Source: a bacterium (GTDB lineage: Bacteria; Zhuqueibacterota; Zhuqueibacteria; Residuimicrobiales; Krinioviventaceae). From it: a stretch of 64,000 nt of DNA. The notes beneath the pieces were generated by a model. The model ran no database searches, was not told where the DNA came from, and saw nothing but the letters and a program-made list of their open reading frames with translations. Both the position numbers and the translations under genes were made by a program. This document shows, in pieces, positions 9,730-19,244 of this stretch (its first letter is position 1; each line of letters begins with the position of its first letter). The DNA lies in assembly GCA_963693055.1 (NCBI GenBank), contig OY843751.1:3520001-3584000 (forward strand), in the 5' to 3' direction.

Positions 9730-11564
9730 TTGTCACTATAGAATTATCTGAAAAACAAAAAAAAATAGTTTATGCTGAAAACGGACCAATCTATGTTAAA
9801 GCAAGTGCTGGAAGCGGCAAAACACGTGTTTTAACGGAAAGAGTACGCTATTTACTTGGTAAAACTAACAAAAAAGTTCTTGCTCTAACCTTCACAAACA
9901 AAGCAGGAAAAGAAATAAAAGAAAGATTAAGTAGTATTCAAGACTTAGAAAAACGTGTTTTCGTAGGAACATTTCATAGCTTTTGTCAATCTGTCCTTGA
10001 GAACCATGGTGGTTTGATTGGATTAGAACAAATGCCTCATATTTTCGAAGACGATATTGATAGAATTGAGCTAATAGAAAAGGTTATAAAACAAACACCA
10101 TCGTATGCTAATAAATATTATAAACAAGATAAAAATGAACAAAAAAAATTTCTGTATCGTGCTTTAAATTTTATTTCTAAAATGAAACAAAAATTAATTG
10201 CAGACAATGAAATTGGTGAACATACTGATAATGAAGATATTATTTTATTATATCAAAACTATCAGGAAATTTTACGATCTCAAAATGCAATAGATTTTGA
10301 TGACTTGCTTTTACTTGCTTATAACTTACTAATTAATTTCACCCAAATAGCATCATTATATAGACGAAACTTTTTTGCTATTTGTATTGATGAAGCACAA
10401 GACTTGAATAATGCTCAATACCAACTTTTAAGAGCTTTAACAAATAATGAATTTAACAATGTAATGTTGGTAGGTGACCCTAATCAATCAATCTATCACT
10501 TTAATGGTTCATCACCAGATTTTATGGATAAGCAGTTTGTAAATGACTATAATCCCTTCATAGTTGAACTTGTTGAAAATTATCGTTCATCAAAAAAAGT
10601 ATTAGAAGCAGCAGGTAAAATCATTACTGACGCGGAATATATAATAGGAACGATCAAAGAAGGGCATTTTGAAATAAACAGTTTGGAGGATGAAGAATTA
10701 GAAGCTCAGTGGGTTGTTGACAAGATTAAAGAATTAATTTCATTAAAAGCACATAAAGATATTGAAGGTAAAATTACATATGAAAAAATCGCAGTACTTG
10801 CACGGAATAAATATATATTCAATCAACTAGAAGCTCAATTATACAAAGCTAATTTACAGTTCTACTATAAAATGACACCCGGTGCTTTACAATTTGAATC
10901 TGAATTAATGAAGATATTTGACCTTGCATTTAGGGTAAAGTTAAATCCTCAAGATCTTTTACATAAACAAAGATTATTAAATCTTATAGAAATTGATACA
11001 ACTACAAATACAGAAATAAATAATTTCATTCCAATGGTCAAAGATGAATTAGTTAAAAATTTAATCAAACTGGTAATAGAATTATATGATGATGGGAGTA
11101 ATATTATCAAGATGTTGGAAAATTTTAGGGACAGTTTAAATGTAAAAGATGAAAATGAAAAGAATATGATCTATAAAGACATAGATGAATTCCTCAAACA
11201 CTGGAAAAATTACGCTAAAAATACAGATAACAAATCCTTGCATCAATTTAAAAATTCAATGGCATTAGGGCAAACCCATTCATTGTCACAACACTCAGGT
11301 ATAACACTGAGTACAGTTCACACCATGAAAGGACAAGAATTTGATATTGTATTTGTCATTGGAATGGATAATGAGACTTTCCCTGATTATAGAGCATTAC
11401 GTAACGGGGGGATAGAGCTAATACAAGAAAAAAACAATCTTTATGTTGCTTTTACCCGCGCAAAACGTTTTTTATATATTACCTGGCCACAAAAAAGGAT
11501 GATGCCTTGGGGTGAATACAAAACACGAAAAATTTCAGATTTTTTAAAAGTATTCAATACCTAA
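9726..11564 (+). CDS. gajB: UvrD/PcrA-like SF1A helicase, GajB-like
   Basis: ASAGSGKT, LTFTNKA, GTFHSF, IDEAQD, VGDPNQSIY, ENYRSS, AVLARN, STVHTMKGQEFD, LYVAFTRAK; GTGA overlap with the OLD nuclease. Confidence 0.85.
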   Translation: MIVTIELSEKQKKIVYAENGPIYVKASAGSGKTRVLTERVRYLLGKTNKKVLALTFTNKAGKEIKERLSSIQDLEKRVFVGTFHSFCQSVLENHGGLIGLEQMPHIFEDDIDRIELIEKVIKQTPSYANKYYKQDKNEQKKFLYRALNFISKMKQKLIADNEIGEHTDNEDIILLYQNYQEILRSQNAIDFDDLLLLAYNLLINFTQIASLYRRNFFAICIDEAQDLNNAQYQLLRALTNNEFNNVMLVGDPNQSIYHFNGSSPDFMDKQFVNDYNPFIVELVENYRSSKKVLEAAGKIITDAEYIIGTIKEGHFEINSLEDEELEAQWVVDKIKELISLKAHKDIEGKITYEKIAVLARNKYIFNQLEAQLYKANLQFYYKMTPGALQFESELMKIFDLAFRVKLNPQDLLHKQRLLNLIEIDTTTNTEINNFIPMVKDELVKNLIKLVIELYDDGSNIIKMLENFRDSLNVKDENEKNMIYKDIDEFLKHWKNYAKNTDNKSLHQFKNSMALGQTHSLSQHSGITLSTVHTMKGQEFDIVFVIGMDNETFPDYRALRNGGIELIQEKNNLYVAFTRAKRFLYITWPQKRMMPWGEYKTRKISDFLKVFNT

Positions 11565-11617
11565 AGAAGTTTCTTCTGGAAATAAAATTGTAAATTCGGT
11601 AATTACCCTCTAACGTC

Positions 11618-12937
11618 CTACATTTCCCACAAATACTCTTTAAATCCCTCAAAATCCTTGCCCATTTTTTCTGACAGCTTGGTCAGGCCCTTCAATTTCT
11701 CGAGAGCATCGGGGAGTTGATACTCGGTATCTAGCGCGCGATTGACAATTTCCTGAAACTTGCCGGGATGCGCGGTAGAGAGTACAATAGATGGTGAATC
11801 CACATTTCCGGATACAGTCTTGCGGTACCTCTGCAATGCCTGAACACCCACAGCCGTATGCGGATCAATGACGTAATCAAACTGATCTTGGATTTCCTTC
11901 ATTGTTGCAAGAGTGGTTTCGTCATCAACCGTGGTGGTCCACAATTTATTTGTAATCGTATCATAATCATCTTTGTAGAGCGCACGAATGCGTTCCCAAT
12001 TACTGGGATTCCCCACATCCATGGCATTGGACAAGGTGGATACTGATGGACGTGGACGGTATTTATGGGTCTCAAAATATTCGGGGATCACACTGTTATT
12101 GTTAACGGCAGCAATATATTGTTTCACCGCCAAGCCCATCTCCCAACCAAATAATCCGGCTGTTAAATTGCCAAAATTACCGCTTGGCACACAAACCACA
12201 ACATCCGATTTACGTTGGGCATATACCTGGAGTACACTCCAGAAATAATAAAAAGACTGCGGTATCAATCTTCCAATATTGATAGAATTTGCAGAACTGA
12301 GAGTCATCTTGTTACGGAGATCCTTGTCCGCAAAAGCTTTTTTCACCAATGCCTGACAATCGTCAAAGGTACCGTCTATTTCAAGTGCCTGAATATTATC
12401 ACCCAGCGTGGTGAATTGTTTTTCCTGCAAGGGACTCACTTTACCGGAAGGATAAAGCAATACAATCTGTACACCCGGAACATTATGATATGCATGTGCT
12501 ACCGCACTGCCGGTATCACCGGAGGTTGCAACCAGAATTGTTATCTCGCGGTGTTCATGCTGTACAAAATATGACATGGAGCGTGCCATAAACTGGGCAC
12601 CAAAATCCTTGAACGACAAGGTAGGTCCATGAAACAACTCGAGTATTTGCGTGTGCTCGTCAAGCGTATAAAGTTCAGGTGCAAAATGATAAGCATTATT
12701 GATAATCTCTTCCAGTCCGCTTTGAGGAATTTCATCCAGCAGATATTTGCCTGCTACAGCAAGGGCAAGTTCTTTATAGCTATAGGAAGACCATGATAAC
12801 AACTCGTCACGCGATACCGATGGCAATTGCACCGGCATATAGAGTCCGCGGTCTTTGGCCTGTCCCTGAAACAGGGCATCATGAAAACTGACAATATGTG
12901 AAGAATCTTGAGTACTGTATAATTTCATTTGTTTCAA
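11618..12937 (-). CDS. thrC: Threonine synthase
   Basis: ELFHGPTLSFKDFG (PLP lysine), ATSGDTGSA, SANSINIGR, PSGNFGN, STAHPGKF. Confidence 0.96.
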   Translation of the reverse strand: MKQMKLYSTQDSSHIVSFHDALFQGQAKDRGLYMPVQLPSVSRDELLSWSSYSYKELALAVAGKYLLDEIPQSGLEEIINNAYHFAPELYTLDEHTQILELFHGPTLSFKDFGAQFMARSMSYFVQHEHREITILVATSGDTGSAVAHAYHNVPGVQIVLLYPSGKVSPLQEKQFTTLGDNIQALEIDGTFDDCQALVKKAFADKDLRNKMTLSSANSINIGRLIPQSFYYFWSVLQVYAQRKSDVVVCVPSGNFGNLTAGLFGWEMGLAVKQYIAAVNNNSVIPEYFETHKYRPRPSVSTLSNAMDVGNPSNWERIRALYKDDYDTITNKLWTTTVDDETTLATMKEIQDQFDYVIDPHTAVGVQALQRYRKTVSGNVDSPSIVLSTAHPGKFQEIVNRALDTEYQLPDALEKLKGLTKLSEKMGKDFEGFKEYLWEM

Positions 12938-12945
12938 ATTCCGTT

Positions 12946-15384
12946 TTATGATAAATGAAAAGCAAGGCTTATTATATCTGCAAACACACCACCGGCGGTC
13001 ACTTCACGGCCGGCTCCGGGGCCCTGCACAATGAGCGGATTCTCATTATACCGCTCAGTTGTGATCTGTATAATATTATCCGTAGCTCCGGATTGGGCAA
13101 GAGCACTGCTCAAAGGTACCTCTTCAACAGCTACGCGACAGCCGTCTTTATCCAGTTTTGCAATATAGCGCAAAGCCATACCAATTTTCTCAGCTTCCAG
13201 GCGGCGTTGTTCAAAGGGTTCATCTATTGATGGCAGTTTTTCCCAAAATTCAGGCAAAGAAATATCTGTAAAATCTTCATCAAGTAAAGATTGCACCTCT
13301 ACATTATCCAGCTCCATTTTCAAACCAATCTCGCGTCCCAGAATTAGTAATTTACGTCCTACGTCCATGCCTGAAAGATCATCACGTGGATCCGGTTCGG
13401 TAAATCCTTTTTCATGCGCTTCCTTGACCACCTCACTAAAAGAACGATCTTTGGAAATGGTATTGAACAAATAGCTCATAGTTCCGGATAGGATACCTTC
13501 AATTTTATATATTTTATCACCGCTGTTGAGCAGGTTTTTAATGGTACCAATCAATGGCAAACCTGCCCCCACCGTTGTTTCGTAATAATAATGCAAGCGA
13601 TGGTCTTTAACAAGATCCATGATCTGGTCGTAATAATCCTGCTCCATGGTATTGGCTTTTTTATTAGGAGTTACAATATGAATACCGGAAGAAATAATGG
13701 TTTCATAGTAACTGGCAATAGTTGTGCTTGCGGTTACATCTACCAGAATTGAATTTGCAAGCTCAAGACTATGGATCTGTTCAAGCAATTGCTTGAGAGA
13801 AAAAGCATCATTGGAATTGTCCAATTGTTCACGCCAATTATCAAGATTGATGCCTTTTTCATTAAAGATCATTCGCTTGCTGTTGGTAATACCACAAATA
13901 TTTAAATGCAGATTATTTTCGGAAACGAGTTGCGCTTGTTTTTCACGGATTTGCTCAATCAGGGTTGTGCCAATGGATCCGGCGCCAATAATAAATACAT
14001 TAGAAATACGATGGGACAGATAAAAAGCACTGTGCATAACATTTACTGCTTTTTCTGCCTCTCCCTTGTTGACCACAAGCGATACATTTCTCTCACTCGA
14101 ACCCTGTGCAATTGCGCGAACATTGACAGAGTTTCTTCCCAATGCGCCAAATAACTTGCCGGAAATACCCGGAGTACCGGCCATATTTTCACCAACAGCA
14201 GCAATGATTGACAAATCATCGGTGCGGTCAATCTTGTCGATTTTACCGGAAAATAATTCAGCTTCAAATTCCAGCTCAAGTGTTTTGCAGGCATCCTGGG
14301 CCTGTGAAGAAAGAATAGCAAAACTGATACTATGTTCAGAAGAAGCCTGGGTAATCATTACAACATTAATTTTCTGTCTTGCAAGTGCGCCGAACAGTCT
14401 GCCGGCAATACCGGGAACGCCTACCATTCCACCACCCTGCAAGTTGATGAGAGAAATGCCGTTAAATGAAGCAATACCCTTGACCGGATGCTCAAAATCA
14501 CCCTTGTCCGGTGAGATAACAGTTCCGGGATTATCAGGAGCAAAGCTGTTCTTGATCAATACAGGAATATCTTTTTTGATAGCAGGCACCATAGTTTGTG
14601 GATGGATCACTTTGGCACCAAAATAAGACAATTCCATAGCCTCTTCATAACTCACTCGCGGTAATACAAAAGCTTCTTTTACCATACGGGGATCAGCGCT
14701 CATAAATCCATCAACATCTGTCCAAATTTCAATCTGGTCAACTTGAAGAGCTGCACCAAAAAGAGATGCGGTATAATCAGAGCCGCCACGTCCCAAAGTT
14801 GTGGTAATGCCCTCACCGGTTGAACCTATAAATCCTGTGACTATATATATTTTATTTTCAGTAATACGATTTTTAATGGCCTTGTAAGATTCTTGAAATA
14901 AAACACGGGCACCGCCATGTACATTATTTGTAAATAAAACCTCTCGTGAATCGAGATATTCTGCATCAAACCCTCTATCAGTCAGCAATTGAGTCATGAG
15001 CTGACAATTAAAACGCTCTCCAAAACTAACTGTATAATCCATGGTGCGCAATGAACACTCGTGTACAAGGCTAACTCCTTTTAACAAGTCATGCAGTTCG
15101 GTAAACATAGAATCCACAATTCCATCAATCGCTTTGTTTTTCAACTCGTTGGGGTAAACCTGCTGATGTTTCTCCCGAATCTGTTGAAGATATTCTCTGC
15201 CTTTATTTCCATCTTTTTCAGCGGTTTGTGCTGCCTGGATGAGCATATCGGTAACACCTCCGATTGCAGATAGCACCACAACCAGTGGACCATTATTGAA
15301 ATTGGATGTCACAATATCTGCGACATTGTTTACTCGTTCACGTGTAGCCAGGGACGATCCACCAAATTTCATAACTTTTAACAT
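12946..15384 (-). CDS. thrA: Bifunctional aspartate kinase/homoserine dehydrogenase
   Basis: KFGGSS, TTLGRGGSDYTA, WTDVDG, two ACT domains, GAGSIG Rossmann fold, YETTVGAGLP, GFTEPDPRDDLSG, GPGAG. Confidence 0.96.
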   Translation of the reverse strand: MLKVMKFGGSSLATRERVNNVADIVTSNFNNGPLVVVLSAIGGVTDMLIQAAQTAEKDGNKGREYLQQIREKHQQVYPNELKNKAIDGIVDSMFTELHDLLKGVSLVHECSLRTMDYTVSFGERFNCQLMTQLLTDRGFDAEYLDSREVLFTNNVHGGARVLFQESYKAIKNRITENKIYIVTGFIGSTGEGITTTLGRGGSDYTASLFGAALQVDQIEIWTDVDGFMSADPRMVKEAFVLPRVSYEEAMELSYFGAKVIHPQTMVPAIKKDIPVLIKNSFAPDNPGTVISPDKGDFEHPVKGIASFNGISLINLQGGGMVGVPGIAGRLFGALARQKINVVMITQASSEHSISFAILSSQAQDACKTLELEFEAELFSGKIDKIDRTDDLSIIAAVGENMAGTPGISGKLFGALGRNSVNVRAIAQGSSERNVSLVVNKGEAEKAVNVMHSAFYLSHRISNVFIIGAGSIGTTLIEQIREKQAQLVSENNLHLNICGITNSKRMIFNEKGINLDNWREQLDNSNDAFSLKQLLEQIHSLELANSILVDVTASTTIASYYETIISSGIHIVTPNKKANTMEQDYYDQIMDLVKDHRLHYYYETTVGAGLPLIGTIKNLLNSGDKIYKIEGILSGTMSYLFNTISKDRSFSEVVKEAHEKGFTEPDPRDDLSGMDVGRKLLILGREIGLKMELDNVEVQSLLDEDFTDISLPEFWEKLPSIDEPFEQRRLEAEKIGMALRYIAKLDKDGCRVAVEEVPLSSALAQSGATDNIIQITTERYNENPLIVQGPGAGREVTAGGVFADIISLAFHLS

Positions 15385-15475
15385 ATGCTTATTCCTTTAT
15401 ATCCAGACAGTAAAACTTGTTTTTTAAAACATTCTATTACTGAATTTAAATTCCGGTTAATTAAAAAATAATAAA

Positions 15476-15557
15476 CCCTGATAAAATCGTATACTGTGTC
15501 GGTTATCCACACTTGGGTATGAAAAAGGCACAAAACTTGTGCCTCAAATTTTCAGGG
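15476..15557 (-). promoter_or_regulatory. Structured 5' leader of thrA (candidate cis-regulatory RNA)
   Basis: Outer stem CCCTGA/TCAGGG encloses AGGCACAA/TTGTGCCT and a second imperfect stem, followed by a U-rich tract on the minus strand. Confidence 0.45.
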
Positions 15558-15584
15558 GAGTTGGAACATAAAATTTTGACTTTT

Positions 15585-15613
15585 AATTTAGTTCGAATCT
15601 GTAAAAATGTCAA
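15585..15613 (-). promoter_or_regulatory. Sigma70-type promoter for thrA-thrC
   Basis: Minus strand TTGACA(15613-15608)-17 nt-TAAATT(15590-15585). Confidence 0.7.
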
Positions 15614-15660
15614 GTAAAAAAATAAAAACTTGATTGAAGAAAATTGAGGAAAGATATATA

Positions 15661-15680
15661 GCCCGGAAAAATTTCCGGGC
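15661..15680 (-). terminator. Hairpin after the acyl-CoA dehydrogenase gene
   Basis: GCCCGGAAA-AA-TTTCCGGGC inverted repeat 10 bp past the stop codon. Confidence 0.65.
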
Positions 15681-15690
15681 CATTTAAAAA

Positions 15691-16851
15691 TTATTTACCA
15701 GCCTTGGCAGCTTCGCGAATAAGCTTTGCTGCAACCACACCACGCTGGATCTGGTTTGTGCCTTCATAGATTTGGGTAATCTTGGCATCACGCATATATT
15801 TTTCAATAGGATAATCTTTCATATATCCATATCCACCAAAGATCTGAACAGCATCGGTGGTAACTTTCATGGCTACATCTCCGGCAAAGAGTTTAGCCAT
15901 TGCAGATTCTTTACCAAAATCTTTGATACCCGCATCTACCATCTTTGCGGTACCGTAAACCAAAGCACGTGCGGCTTCTACCTGGGTTGCCATATCGGCA
16001 AGCATAAACTGAATTGCCTGGAATGAAGAAATACTCTGACCAAATTGCTTACGTTCTCTTGAATAACGCACAGCATGGTCTAACGCGCCTGCAGCAATAC
16101 CAACAGCCTGTGCTGCAACACCGGGACGGGATTTATCAAGAGTTTTCATAGCAACCATAAAACCTTGGCCCTCTTTGCCAATCAAATTTTCTTTGGGAAT
16201 TCTACAGTCCTGAAATACAACTTCGCAAGTTGCTGAAGCACGGATACCCATCTTGTCTTCTTTTTTACCGAATTCAAGTCCAGGGGTACCTTCTTCTACT
16301 ATAAACGCAGAAGCACCACGAGAGCCTTTTGTAGGATCGGTCTGGGCAATTACCGTATAATATTTAGCAACACCACCATTGGTAATAAAATGTTTGGTGC
16401 CATTTAGTACATAATAATCACCATCTTTTTTAGCAGTGGTCTGAATGCCACCGGCATCTGAACCAGCTTCAGGCTCAGTTAAACAAAAAGCGGCTAAAGC
16501 TTCGCCGCTGGCAAGATCCGGTAAATATTTTTTTCTTTGCTCATCATTACCGGAAATCAGTATGGGAAACGTCCCAAGGGCGGTACCTGCCAGCGCTAGT
16601 GCAATACCTCCGCAAGCTTTGGAAAATTCTTCGGTAACCAGCGCCATCTCGGTTATACCACCACCGAGTCCTTCATATTCTTCAGGAATCCATAAACGAA
16701 AGAAATCCATACGAGCCATTTCTTTTACAACCGGCCATGGGAATTCAGCTTTTGCATCATATTCGGCGGCAACCGGCGCAATTTTGCCCTGGGCAAATTC
16801 ACGCGCAAGCTCTTGAAAGGCTTCCTGCTCTTCTGTTAAAAAATAATTCAT
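15691..16851 (-). CDS. Acyl-CoA dehydrogenase (short/branched-chain, butyryl-CoA dehydrogenase-like)
   Basis: FCLTEPEAGSD, GTKHFITNG, KMGIRAS, RKQFG, QIFGGYGY, IYEGTNQIQR (catalytic Glu). Confidence 0.95.
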   Translation of the reverse strand: MNYFLTEEQEAFQELAREFAQGKIAPVAAEYDAKAEFPWPVVKEMARMDFFRLWIPEEYEGLGGGITEMALVTEEFSKACGGIALALAGTALGTFPILISGNDEQRKKYLPDLASGEALAAFCLTEPEAGSDAGGIQTTAKKDGDYYVLNGTKHFITNGGVAKYYTVIAQTDPTKGSRGASAFIVEEGTPGLEFGKKEDKMGIRASATCEVVFQDCRIPKENLIGKEGQGFMVAMKTLDKSRPGVAAQAVGIAAGALDHAVRYSRERKQFGQSISSFQAIQFMLADMATQVEAARALVYGTAKMVDAGIKDFGKESAMAKLFAGDVAMKVTTDAVQIFGGYGYMKDYPIEKYMRDAKITQIYEGTNQIQRGVVAAKLIREAAKAGK

Positions 16852-16863
16852 AACCCAATCCTC

Positions 16864-17619
16864 TTAGATAACATTCATAGATAATAAAGATTCTTTTGCG
16901 GCCTGTTGTTCTGCATCCTTTTTAGAATGTCCCTTACCTACTCCTTGTTTTTTACCATCAATTACAGCAGCAACAGTAAAAACCTTGAGATGATCAGGAC
17001 CGTTTTCTTCTTCTATTACGTATCTCGGACCTTTAAGGTTAAAGCTCTGGCAATATTCCTGAAGGATACTTTTGTAATTTTTGTGCTGTCCCTTTTTTAA
17101 TATTTCATCCAGCCGAACCGCAATATGTTTCAAAACAAATCGTTTCGCGTTTTCCAAGCCACCATCAAGATAAATAGCACCAATAATGGCTTCAACCGCA
17201 TCCGAAAGAATGGATTCACGTTTTCTGCCGCCGGAACGTTCTTCCGCTTCGTTCAACAGCATATATTTGCCTAATCCAAAATCCTTACCTACCCGAGACA
17301 ATACCTTGCGATTAACCAACAAAGACTTGTAATTGGTAAGAATTCCTTCTTCCTCATGGGGATATTTGTGGTAAAGATATTCAGTGATAATGAGGCCAAG
17401 CACAGAATCTCCGAGCAATTCTAACCGTTCATTCGATTCGATTCGCTCTTCACCTGTACAGGTTAAATACGATCTGTGCTTAAGCGCTTGGGTCAAAATG
17501 TCGATATTACTAAAATTATGATTTAAACGTACGCAAAGCTCTGATAATGAAACCTGGGAATGTTTTTCAAAACGCTTAATTCTTAGCAGTCTGAAAAACG
17601 ACAAAAAATTACTATTCAT
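16864..17619 (-). CDS. rnc: Ribonuclease III
   Basis: NERLELLGDSVL signature, DAVEAIIGAIYLDGG, C-terminal dsRBD (KSILQE...SKKDAEQ); ATG 17619 preferred. Confidence 0.96.
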   Translation of the reverse strand: MNSNFLSFFRLLRIKRFEKHSQVSLSELCVRLNHNFSNIDILTQALKHRSYLTCTGEERIESNERLELLGDSVLGLIITEYLYHKYPHEEEGILTNYKSLLVNRKVLSRVGKDFGLGKYMLLNEAEERSGGRKRESILSDAVEAIIGAIYLDGGLENAKRFVLKHIAVRLDEILKKGQHKNYKSILQEYCQSFNLKGPRYVIEEENGPDHLKVFTVAAVIDGKKQGVGKGHSKKDAEQQAAKESLLSMNVI

Positions 17620-17624
17620 AGAAA

Positions 17625-18869
17625 CTATTCTGCATACTTTTTGAACGCCAGACACACATTATGTCCGCCAAAGCCCAAAGAATTTGACAAAGCAACGTTC
17701 ACTTGTTTTTCCAAAGGTTTATTGGGAACATAGTTTAAATCACAATCGGGGTCCGGAGTTGTATAGTTAATTGTTGGATGTATTATACTGTTTTGTATAG
17801 TCAACAAGGTTGCAATGGCTTCACACGCGCCAGACGCACCCAGTAAATGTCCTATCATAGATTTAGTAGAGCTGACATGCATCTTGTACGCATGTTCACC
17901 AAAACAACTTTTTAATGCAGCTGTTTCAGTTTTGTCGTTCAGTGGTGTAGATGTACCATGAGCATTATAGTAATCTACGGTTTCCGGTTCAATACCACCA
18001 TCGGCCATGGCCAATTTCATGGCACGAACAGAACCTTCACCTCCTGGTGCAGGTTGAGTAATATGATAAGCATCTGCAGTAAAACCAGTACCTGCAATTT
18101 CACCATAAATTTTTGCACCGCGGGCTTTGGCATGTTCCAGTTCTTCAAGTAAAAGAATTGCGCCACCTTCACCCATTACAAAACCATCTCGTTCAAGATC
18201 GAAAGGACGGCTTGCAATTTCTGGTGCCTCATTTCTTGTTGAAATCGCTTTTGCGGAATTGAATCCTGCAATTCCCATCTTGTTTATGGGTGCCTCACTA
18301 CCACCAGCCAATACCGCATCCGCTTTTCCATAACGAATGTGATGAAAAGCTTCACCTATCGCGTGTGAAGAAGATGCACACGCAGAAATTGTAGAATAAT
18401 TTACTCCTTTAAGACCATACAACATGGATATGTAACCAGGGGCTATATCTGCTATCAGCATGGGAATAAATAAGGGACTAACCTTACGGGGGCCGCCTTC
18501 TAACAATTTTTTGCATTCCTGTTCATAAGTGATCATACCTCCAATACCTGAAGATACAATAACACCAATGCGTTCTCTGTCCGTTGATTCAAAATCAATA
18601 CCGGAATCTTTGACTGCATCAATTGCAGAAGCCATGGCAAAATGGGTAAAACGGTCCATTCTGCGCGCTTCTCTTTTCTCAATATAATTGGTTATATCAA
18701 AATCTTTAACTTCAGCGGCAAATTTTGTTTTAAAATCTGTTGCGTCAAAAAGAGTAATAGGGCCGACTCCACTTTTTCCTGCTATCAGATTTTTCCAATA
18801 CTCTTCGAGGTTTTGCCCTAAGGGATTAATCGTACCCATTCCGGTTACGACTACTCTTTTTAATTCCAT
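17625..18869 (-). CDS. fabF: 3-oxoacyl-ACP synthase II
   Basis: SACASS, NAHGTST, KSMIGHLLG, NSLGFGGHN. Confidence 0.97.
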   Translation of the reverse strand: MELKRVVVTGMGTINPLGQNLEEYWKNLIAGKSGVGPITLFDATDFKTKFAAEVKDFDITNYIEKREARRMDRFTHFAMASAIDAVKDSGIDFESTDRERIGVIVSSGIGGMITYEQECKKLLEGGPRKVSPLFIPMLIADIAPGYISMLYGLKGVNYSTISACASSSHAIGEAFHHIRYGKADAVLAGGSEAPINKMGIAGFNSAKAISTRNEAPEIASRPFDLERDGFVMGEGGAILLLEELEHAKARGAKIYGEIAGTGFTADAYHITQPAPGGEGSVRAMKLAMADGGIEPETVDYYNAHGTSTPLNDKTETAALKSCFGEHAYKMHVSSTKSMIGHLLGASGACEAIATLLTIQNSIIHPTINYTTPDPDCDLNYVPNKPLEKQVNVALSNSLGFGGHNVCLAFKKYAE

Positions 18870-18967
18870 ATTTTCCTCACTAATTGTGTTACTTTAAGTA
18901 ACTATTGAGATAATGATTGACAACAACGGGGTATAAATATACCACCGTTGTTGTTAAATAATCATCT

Positions 18968-19204
18968 CTAACTTTCCAGATTTGCTTTAAGGTATTTGAG
19001 TGCATCACCAACGCTGGTCAGTTTTTCAGCTTCTTCATCGGGGATTTCAAGGCCAAATTCTTCTTCAAATGCCATAACTAATTCTACAGTATCCAAAGAA
19101 TCTGCACCCAAATCATCAATAAAAGATGCTTCCGGGGTAACTTCACTTGCGTCAACACCCAACTGCTCAACGATGATTTCTTTTACCTTATCTTCTACAG
19201 CCAT
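18968..19204 (-). CDS. acpP: Acyl carrier protein
   Basis: [14 protein letters not shown] phosphopantetheine site. Confidence 0.98.
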   Translation of the reverse strand: MAVEDKVKEIIVEQLGVDASEVTPEASFIDDLGADSLDTVELVMAFEEEFGLEIPDEEAEKLTSVGDALKYLKANLES

Positions 19205-19244
19205 TTTTTCCTCCTGAATTAGGGTTTATTTCGTATTAACTTGT

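Noticed and set aside
7269-11617. AACGTC at both ends of the AT-rich island as a target-site duplication, or integron attC sites
   Set aside because: A 6-bp match is expected by chance; no integrase, tRNA or convincing RYYYAAC/GTTRRRY pairing
15503-15511. Perfect DnaA box TTATCCACA in an AT-rich intergenic region (possible oriC)
   Set aside because: Only one box seen, no dnaA/dnaN/gidA context and no switch in gene orientation; it falls within the stem-loop of the thrA leader
15385-15580. Classical thr leader peptide, T-box, lysine or SAM riboswitch
   Set aside because: No Thr/Ile-rich uORF and none of the conserved sequence hallmarks recognised
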